A stretch of DNA of 64,000 bases from NCBI GenBank assembly GCA_965218095.1, contig OZ244587.1, forward strand, positions 4,640,001-4,704,000. Direction: 5' to 3'. Source of the DNA: Candidatus Poribacteria bacterium. GTDB taxonomy: Bacteria; Poribacteria; WGA-4E; PCPOR2b. The first letter of the stretch is position 1. Each line of letters starts with the position of its first letter. The notes beneath the pieces were generated by a model that saw only the letters and a program-made list of their open reading frames with translations, was not told the origin of the DNA and made no database searches. Positions 1-9,053 of the stretch are shown piece after piece. Both the position numbers and the translations under genes were made by a program.

Positions 1-602
1 CCTGAAGCGGTGTAGGTGTGTTCAGCGGTGAATTCTGTAGTAAATTCTGTCTGCTCCCCGTCTCCCCAATCCCAACTCACATCTTTAATCTCGCCCTGCG
101 CCGCTTCGGAAGTACTCGCATCGACTTGGACATGGCCGTTTTCCAATTCTTCAGCATCTGACGCGGTAACCGTGAATCTGGCGAACAGTTTCGGGGCGTC
201 TTTAACCGTGATAGACACACGGTTTTCCCCATCGATTAAAAGATTAACTGTCCCCTTCCCTTCAAACAAAACAACCCCGTCCTGTAAGATTTGGACCGTG
301 ACGAACCGATCATCACCGGAGAGAATGTCTCTGACCGTGACTTCATGCGTTTGATTACTCCCCGCTTGGATAGTGAGATTTTGGTTTGTCGTGATGGGTT
401 CATCAATGCCTGGCCCGGCAATCGTAATCGCTGCGACGTACTCCCCGTCCGCTGTGACGTTTGAAAAATTCATCACGATTTTTGCAGAAGTTGGGGTGGC
501 TTCCTCCTCCTCTTCCCCACAACCGGATAAAAAGAGGGTGAAGCCAATCAACGGAAGTGTGATGAAACTTAAGAACTTTGTGATGAACTGTTGTGCAACC
601 AT
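1..602 (-). CDS. PKD + FGE/SUMF1-fold lipoprotein, tandem copy C (runs off the window edge)
   Basis: ATG at 602 with GGAGAA RBS; nearly identical DNA to the 5' part of copy B; lipobox LSGC. Confidence 0.85.
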   Translation of the reverse strand, partial: MVAQQFITKFLSFITLPLIGFTLFLSGCGEEEEEATPTSAKIVMNFSNVTADGEYVAAITIAGPGIDEPITTNQNLTIQAGSNQTHEVTVRDILSGDDRFVTVQILQDGVVLFEGKGTVNLLIDGENRVSITVKDAPKLFARFTVTASDAEELENGHVQVDASTSEAAQGEIKDVSWDWGDGEQTEFTTEFTAEHTYTAS

Positions 603-756
603 TGTTTTCTCCTTTTTATCATCAGAAGTGAATGCCACGGACTTAAGCGGAATAATGCCGCTATCACCGCATTTACCTGCCATTGCCTGCCTGTGCGGTG
701 CACGCAGACAGGCAATGGCAGATAGGCCGCGATTGTGTGATAAGGGAGTAAAGGAA

Positions 757-2265
757 TTAAGGTGTAAAGGCGCAACGAAAACCAAGGCCGGCGATCGAGC
801 GCGTTGGAGCGGTACTATTCCGCACATACACGCGCAGTTCGTGGGCGTGGTTGTTGAAATACGAACCGCCGCGAAAGACGCGACGCGTGTCAACATTTGC
901 GAAATCATCATTCACAAAAGCAACCGGGACGCCGGCGATTGGGTTGTGCCTTGGGCTATTTGCGTAGAAGCCTTCATCCCACTCATCCATGCACCACTCC
1001 GAGACGTTCCCAACCACATCGTGCACGCCGTAGCCGTTGGCTGGAAAGCTCCCCACAGGCGCCGTTTGTTCCCACTCATCGTCGCCCTCGACGCCTGCAT
1101 TCATGCCTCCATAATTGGCGTCATCATGGGTGAGTTCATCCCCCCACGGAAATGGCTTGCCCTTTAGTTTCCCGCGGGCTGCCTTCTCCCACTCCGCTTC
1201 CGTCGGCAGCCGTTTGCCCGACCACTGCGCATACGCGCCGGCGCCGTACCAACTCACTTGAACCACCGGATGATCCGCGAACCCCGCCTTCGGGCGGTAC
1301 TGCCCCCCATCCAATTCTATCAACTCGCTGCCGCCGGCCTCAAGGTTCAACCATATCTTGCCATCATCCCCCACATGCTTCCCAACCGCATTGAGGAATT
1401 TGGCGTACATGGCATTGGTCACCTCCATTGCGTCGATGTAGAAGTCGTCAAGTTCGACGATGTGGACCGGGCGTGCGTTTGCGTCGTGGACTCCATCGAA
1501 ATGGTCGCCCATCTCAAACGCACCGGCGGGGATCAGCCGCATCGTCGCCCCATCCGCGTCCCAGGTGAGCTCCGCCTTCCGCGCGACGGATATCGTGTTT
1601 GTCTGCTCCGCCGTGACGGGAACAGGGTCATCGTTTCGGACAGTGAGCGTGATTGTAAATTTTCCTGAAGCGGTGTAGGTATGTTCAGCGGTGAGTTCTG
1701 TAGTAAATTCTGTCTGCTCCCCGTCTCCCCAATCCCAACCCACATCTTTAATCTCGCCCCGCGCCGCTTCGGAAGTACTCGCATCGACTTGGACATGGCC
1801 GTTTTCCAATTCTTCAGCATCTGACGCAGTAACCGTGAATCTAGCGAACAGTTTCGGGGCGTCTTTAACCGTGATAGACACACGGTTTGCCCCTTCGATT
1901 AAAAGATTAGCTATCCCGTTCCCTTCAAACAAAACAACCCCGTCCTGTAAGATTTGGACCGTGACGAACCGATCATCACCGGAGAGAATATCTCTGACCG
2001 TGACTTCATGCGTTTGATCGCCCCCCGGTTGGATAGTGAGATTCTTGTTTGACGTGATGGGTTCAGCAATGCCTGGCCCGGCAATCGTAATCGTTGCGAC
2101 GTACTCCCCCTGCGCCGTGACGTTTGAAAAATTCATCACGATTTTTGCAGAAGTTGGGGTGGCTTCCTCCTCCTCTTCCCCACAACCGGATAAAAAGAGG
2201 GTGAAGCCAATCAACGGAAGTGTGATGAAACTTAAGAACTTTGTGATGAACTGTTGTGCAACCAT
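757..2265 (-). CDS. PKD + FGE/SUMF1-fold lipoprotein, tandem copy B
   Basis: Start MVAQQF at 2265 after RBS; lipobox FLSGC; PKD motif WDWGDG..HTY; FGE motifs FEMG, RLPTEAEWEKAARG, GNVSEW, RGGS..GFRC. Confidence 0.9.
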   Translation of the reverse strand: MVAQQFITKFLSFITLPLIGFTLFLSGCGEEEEEATPTSAKIVMNFSNVTAQGEYVATITIAGPGIAEPITSNKNLTIQPGGDQTHEVTVRDILSGDDRFVTVQILQDGVVLFEGNGIANLLIEGANRVSITVKDAPKLFARFTVTASDAEELENGHVQVDASTSEAARGEIKDVGWDWGDGEQTEFTTELTAEHTYTASGKFTITLTVRNDDPVPVTAEQTNTISVARKAELTWDADGATMRLIPAGAFEMGDHFDGVHDANARPVHIVELDDFYIDAMEVTNAMYAKFLNAVGKHVGDDGKIWLNLEAGGSELIELDGGQYRPKAGFADHPVVQVSWYGAGAYAQWSGKRLPTEAEWEKAARGKLKGKPFPWGDELTHDDANYGGMNAGVEGDDEWEQTAPVGSFPANGYGVHDVVGNVSEWCMDEWDEGFYANSPRHNPIAGVPVAFVNDDFANVDTRRVFRGGSYFNNHAHELRVYVRNSTAPTRSIAGLGFRCAFTP

Positions 2266-2392
2266 TGTTTTCTCCTTTTTATCATCAGAAGTGAATGCCA
2301 CGGACTTAAGCGGAATAATGCCGCTATCACTGTATTTACCTGCCTGTGCAACAGCATACAGGCCGCGATTGTGTGACAGGGGGGTAAAGGAA

Positions 2393-3892
2393 TTAACGTG
2401 TAACGGCGCAGCGAAAACTAGTGCCGGAGGTCGTGCGCGTGGGAGCGGTACTATTCCGCACATAACAGGTCAGGTTCAACGCTGGGTGGGCGTTGAACCA
2501 CGCCCCGCCGCGAAAGACGCGACGCGTGTCAACATTTGCGAAATCATCATTCACAAAAGCAACCGGGACGCCGGCAATTGGGTTGTGCCTTGGGCTATTT
2601 GCGTAGAAGCCTTCATCCCACTCATCCATGCACCACTCCGAGACGTTCCCCGCCATGTCGTGCAAGCCGTAGCCGTTGGCTGGAAAGCTCCCCACAGGCG
2701 CCGTTTGTTCCCACTCATCGTCGCCTTCGACACCGGCATAATTGGCGTCATCATGGGTAACATCATCTCCCCACGGAAACTTCTTGCCCTCAAGTTCCCC
2801 GCGGGCTGCCTTCTCCCACTCCGCTTCCGTCGGCAACCGTTTGCCCGCCCACTGTGCATACGCGCCGGCGCCGTACCAACTCACTTGAACCACCGGATGA
2901 TCCGCGAACCCCGCCTTCGGGCGGTACTGCCCCTCAACCAATTCTATCAACTCGCTGCCGCCGGCCTCAAGGTTGAACCATATCTTGCCATCATCCCCCA
3001 CATGCTTCCCAACCACATTGAGGAATTTGGCGTACATGGCATTGGTCACCTCCATTGCGTCGATGTAGAAGTCGTCAAGTTCGACGATGTGGACCGGGCG
3101 TGCGTTTGCGTCGTGGACTCCATCGAAATGGTCGCCCATCTCAAACGCACCGGCGGGGATCAGCCGCATCGTCGCCCCATCCGCGTCCCAGGTGAGCTCC
3201 GCCTTCCGCTTGACGAGTATCGTGTTTGTCTGCTCCGCCGTGACGGGAACAGGGTCATCGTTTCGGACAGTGAGCGTGATTGTATATAATCCTGCACCGG
3301 TGTAGGTATGTTCAGCGGTGAATTCTGTAGTAAATTCTGTCTGCTCCCCGTCTCCCCAATCCCAACTCCCATCTTTAATCTCGCCCCGCGTCGCTTCGGA
3401 AGCACTCGCATCAACTTGGACATAGCCGTTTTCCAATTCTTCAGCATCTGACGCAGTAACCGTGAATCTAGCGAACAGCTTCGGGGCGTCTTTAACCGTG
3501 ATAGGCACGCGGTTTGCCCCTTCGATTGAAAGGTTAACTGTCCCCTTCCCTTCAAACAAAACAACCCCGTCCTGTAAGATTTGGACCGTGACGAACCGAT
3601 CATCACCGGAGAGAATGTCTCTGACCGTGACTTCATGCGTTTGATCGCCCCCCGGTTGGATAGTGAGATTCTTGTTTGACGTGATGGGTTCGTCAATGCC
3701 TGGCCCGGCAATCGTAATCGTTGCGACGTACTCCCCCTGCGCCGTGACGTTTGAAAAATTCATCACGATTTTTGCAGAAGTTGGGGTGGCTTCCTCCTCC
3801 TCTTCCCCACAACCGGATAAAAAGAGGGTGAAGCCAATCAACGGAAGTATGATGAAACTTAAGAACTTTGTGATGAACTGTTGTGTAGTCAT
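2393..3892 (-). CDS. PKD + FGE/SUMF1-fold lipoprotein, tandem copy A
   Basis: Same architecture and motifs as copy B; start-to-start spacing is 1627 bp (A-B) and 1663 bp (B-C). Confidence 0.9.
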   Translation of the reverse strand: MTTQQFITKFLSFIILPLIGFTLFLSGCGEEEEEATPTSAKIVMNFSNVTAQGEYVATITIAGPGIDEPITSNKNLTIQPGGDQTHEVTVRDILSGDDRFVTVQILQDGVVLFEGKGTVNLSIEGANRVPITVKDAPKLFARFTVTASDAEELENGYVQVDASASEATRGEIKDGSWDWGDGEQTEFTTEFTAEHTYTGAGLYTITLTVRNDDPVPVTAEQTNTILVKRKAELTWDADGATMRLIPAGAFEMGDHFDGVHDANARPVHIVELDDFYIDAMEVTNAMYAKFLNVVGKHVGDDGKIWFNLEAGGSELIELVEGQYRPKAGFADHPVVQVSWYGAGAYAQWAGKRLPTEAEWEKAARGELEGKKFPWGDDVTHDDANYAGVEGDDEWEQTAPVGSFPANGYGLHDMAGNVSEWCMDEWDEGFYANSPRHNPIAGVPVAFVNDDFANVDTRRVFRGGAWFNAHPALNLTCYVRNSTAPTRTTSGTSFRCAVTR

Positions 3893-3927
3893 TGTTTTCT
3901 CCTTTTTAATGTGACTTTGTTACATTC

Positions 3928-4130
3928 GTCCCCCGGCCCCCAATTCTGGGGGAGGATTCCCGTCCGCCGATGAATCAGCGGGCTACAGGGCTGCGTCCGA
4001 TAAATCGGACTGAGAAGATCTGTCATAGTATACAGCATGTTGGCGTAAGTTCTTGACCCCCTCTAACTCCCCCTGCAAGGGGGAGAACCGATTTCTCCTC
4101 CCCTCGTAGGGGAGGCCGGGAGGGGTCAGA
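3928..4130. repeat. Cluster of REP-like GC-rich palindromes
   Basis: ccccggcccccaattctgggggag, gtccgataaatcggac, gacccccctctaactccccct...ggggaggccgggaggggtc; related motifs recur at 5430-5610 and 15715-15782. Confidence 0.65.
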
Positions 4131-4196
4131 TACTTCTGCCGACGTGTAATACGGACTTGTGAAACGCACCACTAAGCGTCAATTTGAACAACGATG

Positions 4197-4230
4197 AAAA
4201 AAAAAGCCCGCATCGCTGAAGGATACGGGC
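4197..4230 (-). terminator. Rho-independent terminator of the 4318-5229 gene
   Basis: Minus strand gcccgtatc-cttcagc-gatgcgggc followed by 9 T. Confidence 0.75.
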
Positions 4231-4317
4231 AGATTAAACCAGTTAGAGCGTGTTGCCATCTGCCCCAACTATGTGTCTCACATTCCTAGAAAATGAACCA
4301 TCCCAATTGTCGTAAAG

Positions 4318-5229
4318 CTAATACTGTGTTTTCACACGGCCCCAGGTTGTTGTGACTTTTTTCTTGCCAGGATCAACTGCAAAGGGGTGCTGAAAGTTTG
4401 AGTCAGCCTGCTTCGCATCCATCGTAAAGTCATAAATCCGGACAAGATGGACTGAGCCGTTCATGTTCCGATGCTCTTCACCAAGAACCTGGCAAAATAT
4501 GGCGTTAAAGTTCATATCGGCGCCTTTGTCGAAGTCCTGCTCCGGAAAGCCGAGGTTACCGATAAACTCGCCATCCAGGTACTGTTTAACTTGCTTCTTC
4601 GCATCATCGTAAGTGTATATGATGTGGACCCACCTGGTTCCGACCGTCAGGCCGACATCGTGGTGATTCTTCCGTTTGTCGTATACGGTATTAGCCCCCA
4701 GGAGGTAGATCCAGACGTCATCCACATCCGGTCCAAATATCCAGTTTGTAAAGCCAATCATAATCCACTGGGCTCCGGTGGCAAAAGCTTTGCCATCTTT
4801 CGTGGAATGAAAGCCCATTACTTGATGCTCTGCACCTTTCATGGGGCCGTTGCGTTTCATGATGACCTCGAAGCTCCAGTTCTCCAGATGTAGGTTCGGA
4901 GTGAAGCCGGCTGGGGCGGCAAACATCTGGTTTATATCGGTAGTTTTGAACGCTGTCGGCGCCGGACCTCCTGGTTCGTAAAACTCTTCCCCTTTTTCAA
5001 GTTTCGGAGTTCCCTTTCCCAAGTCTGCTCCACCGGGAATTTCGTCCCCGGCCGTGCCGATGTTCTGCCAGGCGCCGTTTTTGAACTGCGCTTCGCCAGC
5101 GAGCATCAAGAGCTGGGGCTCCTCTGGGATTATACCTTGCACTATCGAACCGCTCATGGCAAAGAGAAACACGCCAAGAATGGCAACTCCTTTTATGTGA
5201 TGGTGATTGAATTGATTCAAGCGTAACAT
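4318..5229 (-). CDS. Secreted LamG/ConA-like jelly-roll protein with C-terminal TWG tail
   Basis: GGAGG RBS before ATG 5229; signal peptide; W.HI..TYD...YLDG, NGS...VRIYD; ends FAVDPGKKKVTTTWGRVKTQY. Confidence 0.8.
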   Translation of the reverse strand: MLRLNQFNHHHIKGVAILGVFLFAMSGSIVQGIIPEEPQLLMLAGEAQFKNGAWQNIGTAGDEIPGGADLGKGTPKLEKGEEFYEPGGPAPTAFKTTDINQMFAAPAGFTPNLHLENWSFEVIMKRNGPMKGAEHQVMGFHSTKDGKAFATGAQWIMIGFTNWIFGPDVDDVWIYLLGANTVYDKRKNHHDVGLTVGTRWVHIIYTYDDAKKQVKQYLDGEFIGNLGFPEQDFDKGADMNFNAIFCQVLGEEHRNMNGSVHLVRIYDFTMDAKQADSNFQHPFAVDPGKKKVTTTWGRVKTQY

Positions 5230-5288
5230 ATTAATACCTCCGTAATGAAATTCGCAACAACTTCTGTTGCAGGTTAGTTGAAGCTTCG

Positions 5289-5333
5289 TCATAAATGTCG
5301 TGTTCAGGCGTGGCCTGAACACGACATTTATGA
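5289..5333. other. Perfect 21-bp hairpin in a 5' leader
   Basis: tcataaatgtcgtgttcaggc-gtg-gcctgaacacgacatttatga. Confidence 0.85.
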
Positions 5334-5385
5334 TCAACCTCAGTTAGTTCGTTGGAATGGTTCATTTTTCAGGAAGGGTTAAAAG

Positions 5386-5414
5386 ATTATACCCGATAAA
5401 TCTACTTTTGTCAA
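5386..5414 (-). promoter_or_regulatory. Consensus sigma70 promoter
   Basis: TTGACA-17 bp-TATAAT on the minus strand upstream of the 5229 start. Confidence 0.8.
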
Positions 5415-5429
5415 TCAATATTAAACCAA

Positions 5430-5610
5430 CGCCCCCCGGCCCCCAATTCCCCGATGGATCGGGGCAGGCTTCAGGAGTTTTTGCAATTCTCCCCTTCCCC
5501 CCAAAGTTGGGGGGATTGAGGTCTCGGACTCTCGGTCGAAGACCGGAGGGGGCGGGGACCGCCGGACAAGCCGAAGATCCCGACCTAAGGTCGAGGGGGC
5601 ACGGAGAATT
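5430..5610. repeat. Nested REP-like palindrome cluster
   Basis: ccccggcccccaatt..., cccgatggatcgggg, ccccccaaagttgggggg and others. Confidence 0.6.
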
Positions 5611-5640
5611 AAATGCCCCTAGTCAATATTAGATCTGGAG

Positions 5641-6525
5641 TTAATAGCCCCGTTTCACACGGCCCCAGGTGGTTGTGAGTTTATCAGCAGGTTCAACAGC
5701 CAATGAAGCTATGAAGTTGTTGCGAACCCCACCTGCGCCAAGATCCTCGTCATACACCCGGACGATGGTGATTGAACCGTTGAAGGTCGAATTTACGAAG
5801 TTCTGGTCGCCCGGTTGTGCAACGAGGACAAAGTTCTGCCCCATGGCCGTGCCTTTGTTGAATTTTTCCACTTTGCGCGCTTGGTCCGCCTTGCCATCTA
5901 TGTAGGACTGGACGGTTTTACCGTCGTGGGTGAGCACTACTTGGTGCCAGTCTCCTGTTCTGATACCTTCATCGGTTTTGAGAGTGACAGCTTTCTTACC
6001 TTTAGGTTTGATCTCGGCTATGATCTGTCCCTTTGCCCCCTTGTCTACGAGCATGCGAATATACTGCCACTCCTTATTGGCTTCCGCTGCCTCGAGGTTG
6101 GGATCACCCCCTTCAACGAAGCCGAAGAAGAGAATTCCGTTCTCCTCTGCGCCTTTGAACGCTTCGCCGTTGCGCCTCAACCAGACCTCGACGGTCCAAT
6201 TCCCCAGCTTTATCTCCGGCGCTGTGCCTCGCTTCCCGCCGAAGGAACTTTCCGGCGCCGAGGCGGTGAAGTGTGCCGGGTTTTTGCCTTCTGCCGCGGA
6301 AAATTTTGGCGGAGGTGGGAAGACATGCCCCCCAATGCGGCCAGCGTCTAGATTCAGGGGAAAGACGCCGCCCGCGGCGCCAAGGTTCCTCCACGACAAT
6401 TTAGCGGTGTCTGCAGCGTTAAGATCGATTAGAGCGCCTTCCTTAACATCTTGACCGAATGCCACTGGACTAACCATTGCCAAGACAAACGCCACGCTCA
6501 GAATTGCAATTAGTTGACGTCTCAT
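5641..6525 (-). CDS. Secreted LamG-like protein with TWG tail
   Basis: Start MRRQLIAIL; WHQVVLTHDG..YIDG; ends LAVEPADKLTTTWGRVKRGY. Confidence 0.85.
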   Translation of the reverse strand: MRRQLIAILSVAFVLAMVSPVAFGQDVKEGALIDLNAADTAKLSWRNLGAAGGVFPLNLDAGRIGGHVFPPPPKFSAAEGKNPAHFTASAPESSFGGKRGTAPEIKLGNWTVEVWLRRNGEAFKGAEENGILFFGFVEGGDPNLEAAEANKEWQYIRMLVDKGAKGQIIAEIKPKGKKAVTLKTDEGIRTGDWHQVVLTHDGKTVQSYIDGKADQARKVEKFNKGTAMGQNFVLVAQPGDQNFVNSTFNGSITIVRVYDEDLGAGGVRNNFIASLAVEPADKLTTTWGRVKRGY

Positions 6526-6587
6526 TTTATATCTTCCTGTACTGCTTATTTTACAGAGCACTACCTTTATCAATATTAGATCTGGAG

Positions 6588-7481
6588 TTAATAGCCCTGT
6601 TTCACACGGCCCCAGGTGGTTGTGAGTTTATCAGCAGGTTCAACAGCCAATGAAGCTATGAAGTTGTTGCGAACCCCACCTGCGCCAAGATCCTCGCCAT
6701 ACACCCGGACGATGGCGAGTGAACCGTTGAAGCTCGACTTTACGAAGTCATGGTCGCCCGGTTGTGCAACGAAGACAAAGTTCTGACCCATCTTCGCGGC
6801 TTTGTCCCATCCTTCCACTTTGCTCGCTTGGTCCGCCTTGCTATCTATGTAGGACTGGACGGTTTTACCGTCGTAGGTGAGCGCTACCTGGTGCCAGTCT
6901 CCTGTTCCGATACCTTCATCGGTTTTGAGAGTGACAGCTTTCTTACCTTTAGGTTTGATCTCGGCTATGATCTGCCCCTTCGCCCCCTTGTCTACGAGCA
7001 TGCGAATATACTGTATGTCGTTAGCCATCGCTTCCTTGACAATGTCGCCAGCGTTGTGTAGATCTTCGGGGATGAAGCCGAAGAAGACAAACCCGTTCTC
7101 CTCTGCGGGTTCGACCATTTCGCCGTTGCGCCTCAACCAGACCTCGACGGTCCAATTCCCCAGCATTATCTCCGGCGCTGTGCCTCGCTTCCCGCCGAAG
7201 GAACTTTCCGGCACCGAGGCGGTAAAGTGTGCCGGGTTTTTGCCTTCTGCCGCGGAAAATTTTGGCGGAGGTGGGAAGATATGCCCCCCAATGCGGCCAG
7301 CGTCTAGATTCAGGGGAAAGACGCCGCCCGCGGCGCCAAGGTTCCTCCACGACAATTTAGCAGTGTCTGTAGCGTTAAGATCGATTAGAGCGCCTTCCTT
7401 AACACCTTGACCGAATGCCACTGGACTAACCATCGCCAAGACAAACGCCGCGCTCAGAATTGCAATTAGTTGACGTCTCAT
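6588..7481 (-). CDS. Secreted LamG-like protein with TWG tail (recent tandem paralog of 5641-6525)
   Basis: Near-identical sequence and the same 3' flank (tcaatattagatctggag); ends LAVEPADKLTTTWGRVKQGY. Confidence 0.85.
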   Translation of the reverse strand: MRRQLIAILSAAFVLAMVSPVAFGQGVKEGALIDLNATDTAKLSWRNLGAAGGVFPLNLDAGRIGGHIFPPPPKFSAAEGKNPAHFTASVPESSFGGKRGTAPEIMLGNWTVEVWLRRNGEMVEPAEENGFVFFGFIPEDLHNAGDIVKEAMANDIQYIRMLVDKGAKGQIIAEIKPKGKKAVTLKTDEGIGTGDWHQVALTYDGKTVQSYIDSKADQASKVEGWDKAAKMGQNFVFVAQPGDHDFVKSSFNGSLAIVRVYGEDLGAGGVRNNFIASLAVEPADKLTTTWGRVKQGY

Positions 7482-7625
7482 TTTATACTCTCCTATACTG
7501 TCTGGCAAAAAATTGCCATCATATACGTCACTCATGTTCAATATCTTTTTTGCTTAGATTATGAGCGACAACACCTTCACTTGACACTTGAGGTACAATC
7601 CATCATATAGAATGATTAACTAACT

Positions 7626-7654
7626 ATTCTATCACAATCCCAAATTCTTGTCAA
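7626..7654 (-). promoter_or_regulatory. sigma70 promoter
   Basis: TTGACA-17 bp-TAGAAT with an extended TG. Confidence 0.75.
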
Positions 7655-7781
7655 CCCTTTTTTCCATTCTCCGAGGGCTATTTATCTCCGAGGGCTATTT
7701 AATTTTCGATATTCGATGATACCAGGGTGGGGCGGTACTCCACCTTGGAAAGGTTACGATTTATCTGGACTTTGCGTAAAG

Positions 7782-8669
7782 CTAATATCCCCTTTTCACA
7801 TGGCCCCAGGTGGTTGTGAGTTTATCGGCAGGCTCAACAGCCAAAAAATCTATGAAGTTCGTACGAACCCCACCCGCGCCAAGCGCCTTGTCATACACCC
7901 GGATGATACTGAGTGAACCGTTGAAGCTCTCCCCGTTGCGGTCCCAGTCAAGTTGTCCAAGGAAAACCATGTTCTGATCCATAACCTCAGGCACGAAGGC
8001 CACATCCACGTCGTGCAACTTTTGCGCCTTGCCATCTATGTAGGACTGGAGTGTTTTGCCATCACCCTTGTATTCGACCGCAAACTGGCGCCACTCTCCT
8101 GTTCCGATACCCTCTTCGGTTCTGAAAGTCAGAATTTTGCCCTGTGGCACTTTGACCTTGAAGACTATCTGCCCCGCTGCCCCATCTGCTACGAACATAC
8201 GAATATACTGCACGTTGGGGGCATCGAGTTCAAATACGCGTGCCGCTTGATCTACCTTCTCCGACCCGAGGCCGAAGTAGGCAAGTCCGTTCTCGTCGCC
8301 CTGTTCCCACGCTTCGCCGTTGCGCCTCAACCAGATCTCAATGGTCCAGCTCGTCCCCAGCTTGAAGTGCGAAGCGGTGCCGCGTATTGAGCCGAAGGAG
8401 CTAGACGGTACCTCGCTGGTGTAATGTGCCGGCTCGTCACCCTCGGCCTTTACGTGTTTGGGCGGAGGTGGGATTTTCGACCAGTTGTCTGCATTTAGGG
8501 CAAATTTTCCGCCGGACGTGCCATCATTCCCCCAAAACAATGGCCTAGCATTCTCGCTCGCCGCGTTAAGCTCTATCTGGGCGCCAGGGGCAACACCGAA
8601 TGCCATTGAACCGGCCATTGTCAAGACAAATGCCGCGCTCAGAATTGAAATCGGTTTTAGGCGTATCAT
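7782..8669 (-). CDS. Secreted LamG-like protein with TWG tail
   Basis: Start MIRLKPIS; paralog of the two adjacent genes; ends LAVEPADKLTTTWGHVKRGY. Confidence 0.85.
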   Translation of the reverse strand: MIRLKPISILSAAFVLTMAGSMAFGVAPGAQIELNAASENARPLFWGNDGTSGGKFALNADNWSKIPPPPKHVKAEGDEPAHYTSEVPSSSFGSIRGTASHFKLGTSWTIEIWLRRNGEAWEQGDENGLAYFGLGSEKVDQAARVFELDAPNVQYIRMFVADGAAGQIVFKVKVPQGKILTFRTEEGIGTGEWRQFAVEYKGDGKTLQSYIDGKAQKLHDVDVAFVPEVMDQNMVFLGQLDWDRNGESFNGSLSIIRVYDKALGAGGVRTNFIDFLAVEPADKLTTTWGHVKRGY

Positions 8670-8759
8670 TTTATATCCTCTTGTATCGTAAGTAACTATG
8701 CGAAATATTCTTGCACTTTTGATCCTGCAAGAAACTACACACCACAAAAAACCGTTCAA

Positions 8760-8788
8760 ATTTTATCAGAAAACGAAAATTTTGTCAA
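8760..8788 (-). promoter_or_regulatory. sigma70 promoter
   Basis: TTGACA-17 bp-TAAAAT with an extended TG. Confidence 0.7.
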
Positions 8789-9053
8789 TCCTTAACTTTA
8801 AAACTCAGGTGGATCGGAGTAAACTCTGCTCAGATTCATCGGAGGGAGCACGTTGCTTATTCTCCCTGCTCCTTTTCTACCCTGTTTCCCCTCTGAATAC
8901 GCACGACGCCCAATGCCTATCGGTTTGGGATAAACACTGGAACTTCCTAAGTGCGATCGCCCTGAGGTAAGGAGGGATTAATACGAGTTTTTCACTGAGC
9001 GGTTGGAGCCAGGATATGCCTGATTTTCCCCTACAACTGAAAAAGTCGTAGAA

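Noticed and set aside
2266-2463. 66-aa N-terminal extension of copy B in the ORF track
   Set aside because: It overlaps copy A; the RBS and paralog alignment put the start at 2265.
373-3289. Long plus-strand ORFs (373-1167, 2036-3289) and 46720-47559
   Set aside because: They are antisense shadows of the FGE genes with no recognisable motifs.
5357-5632. 91-aa ORF
   Set aside because: It is composed of a promoter and REP-like palindromes.
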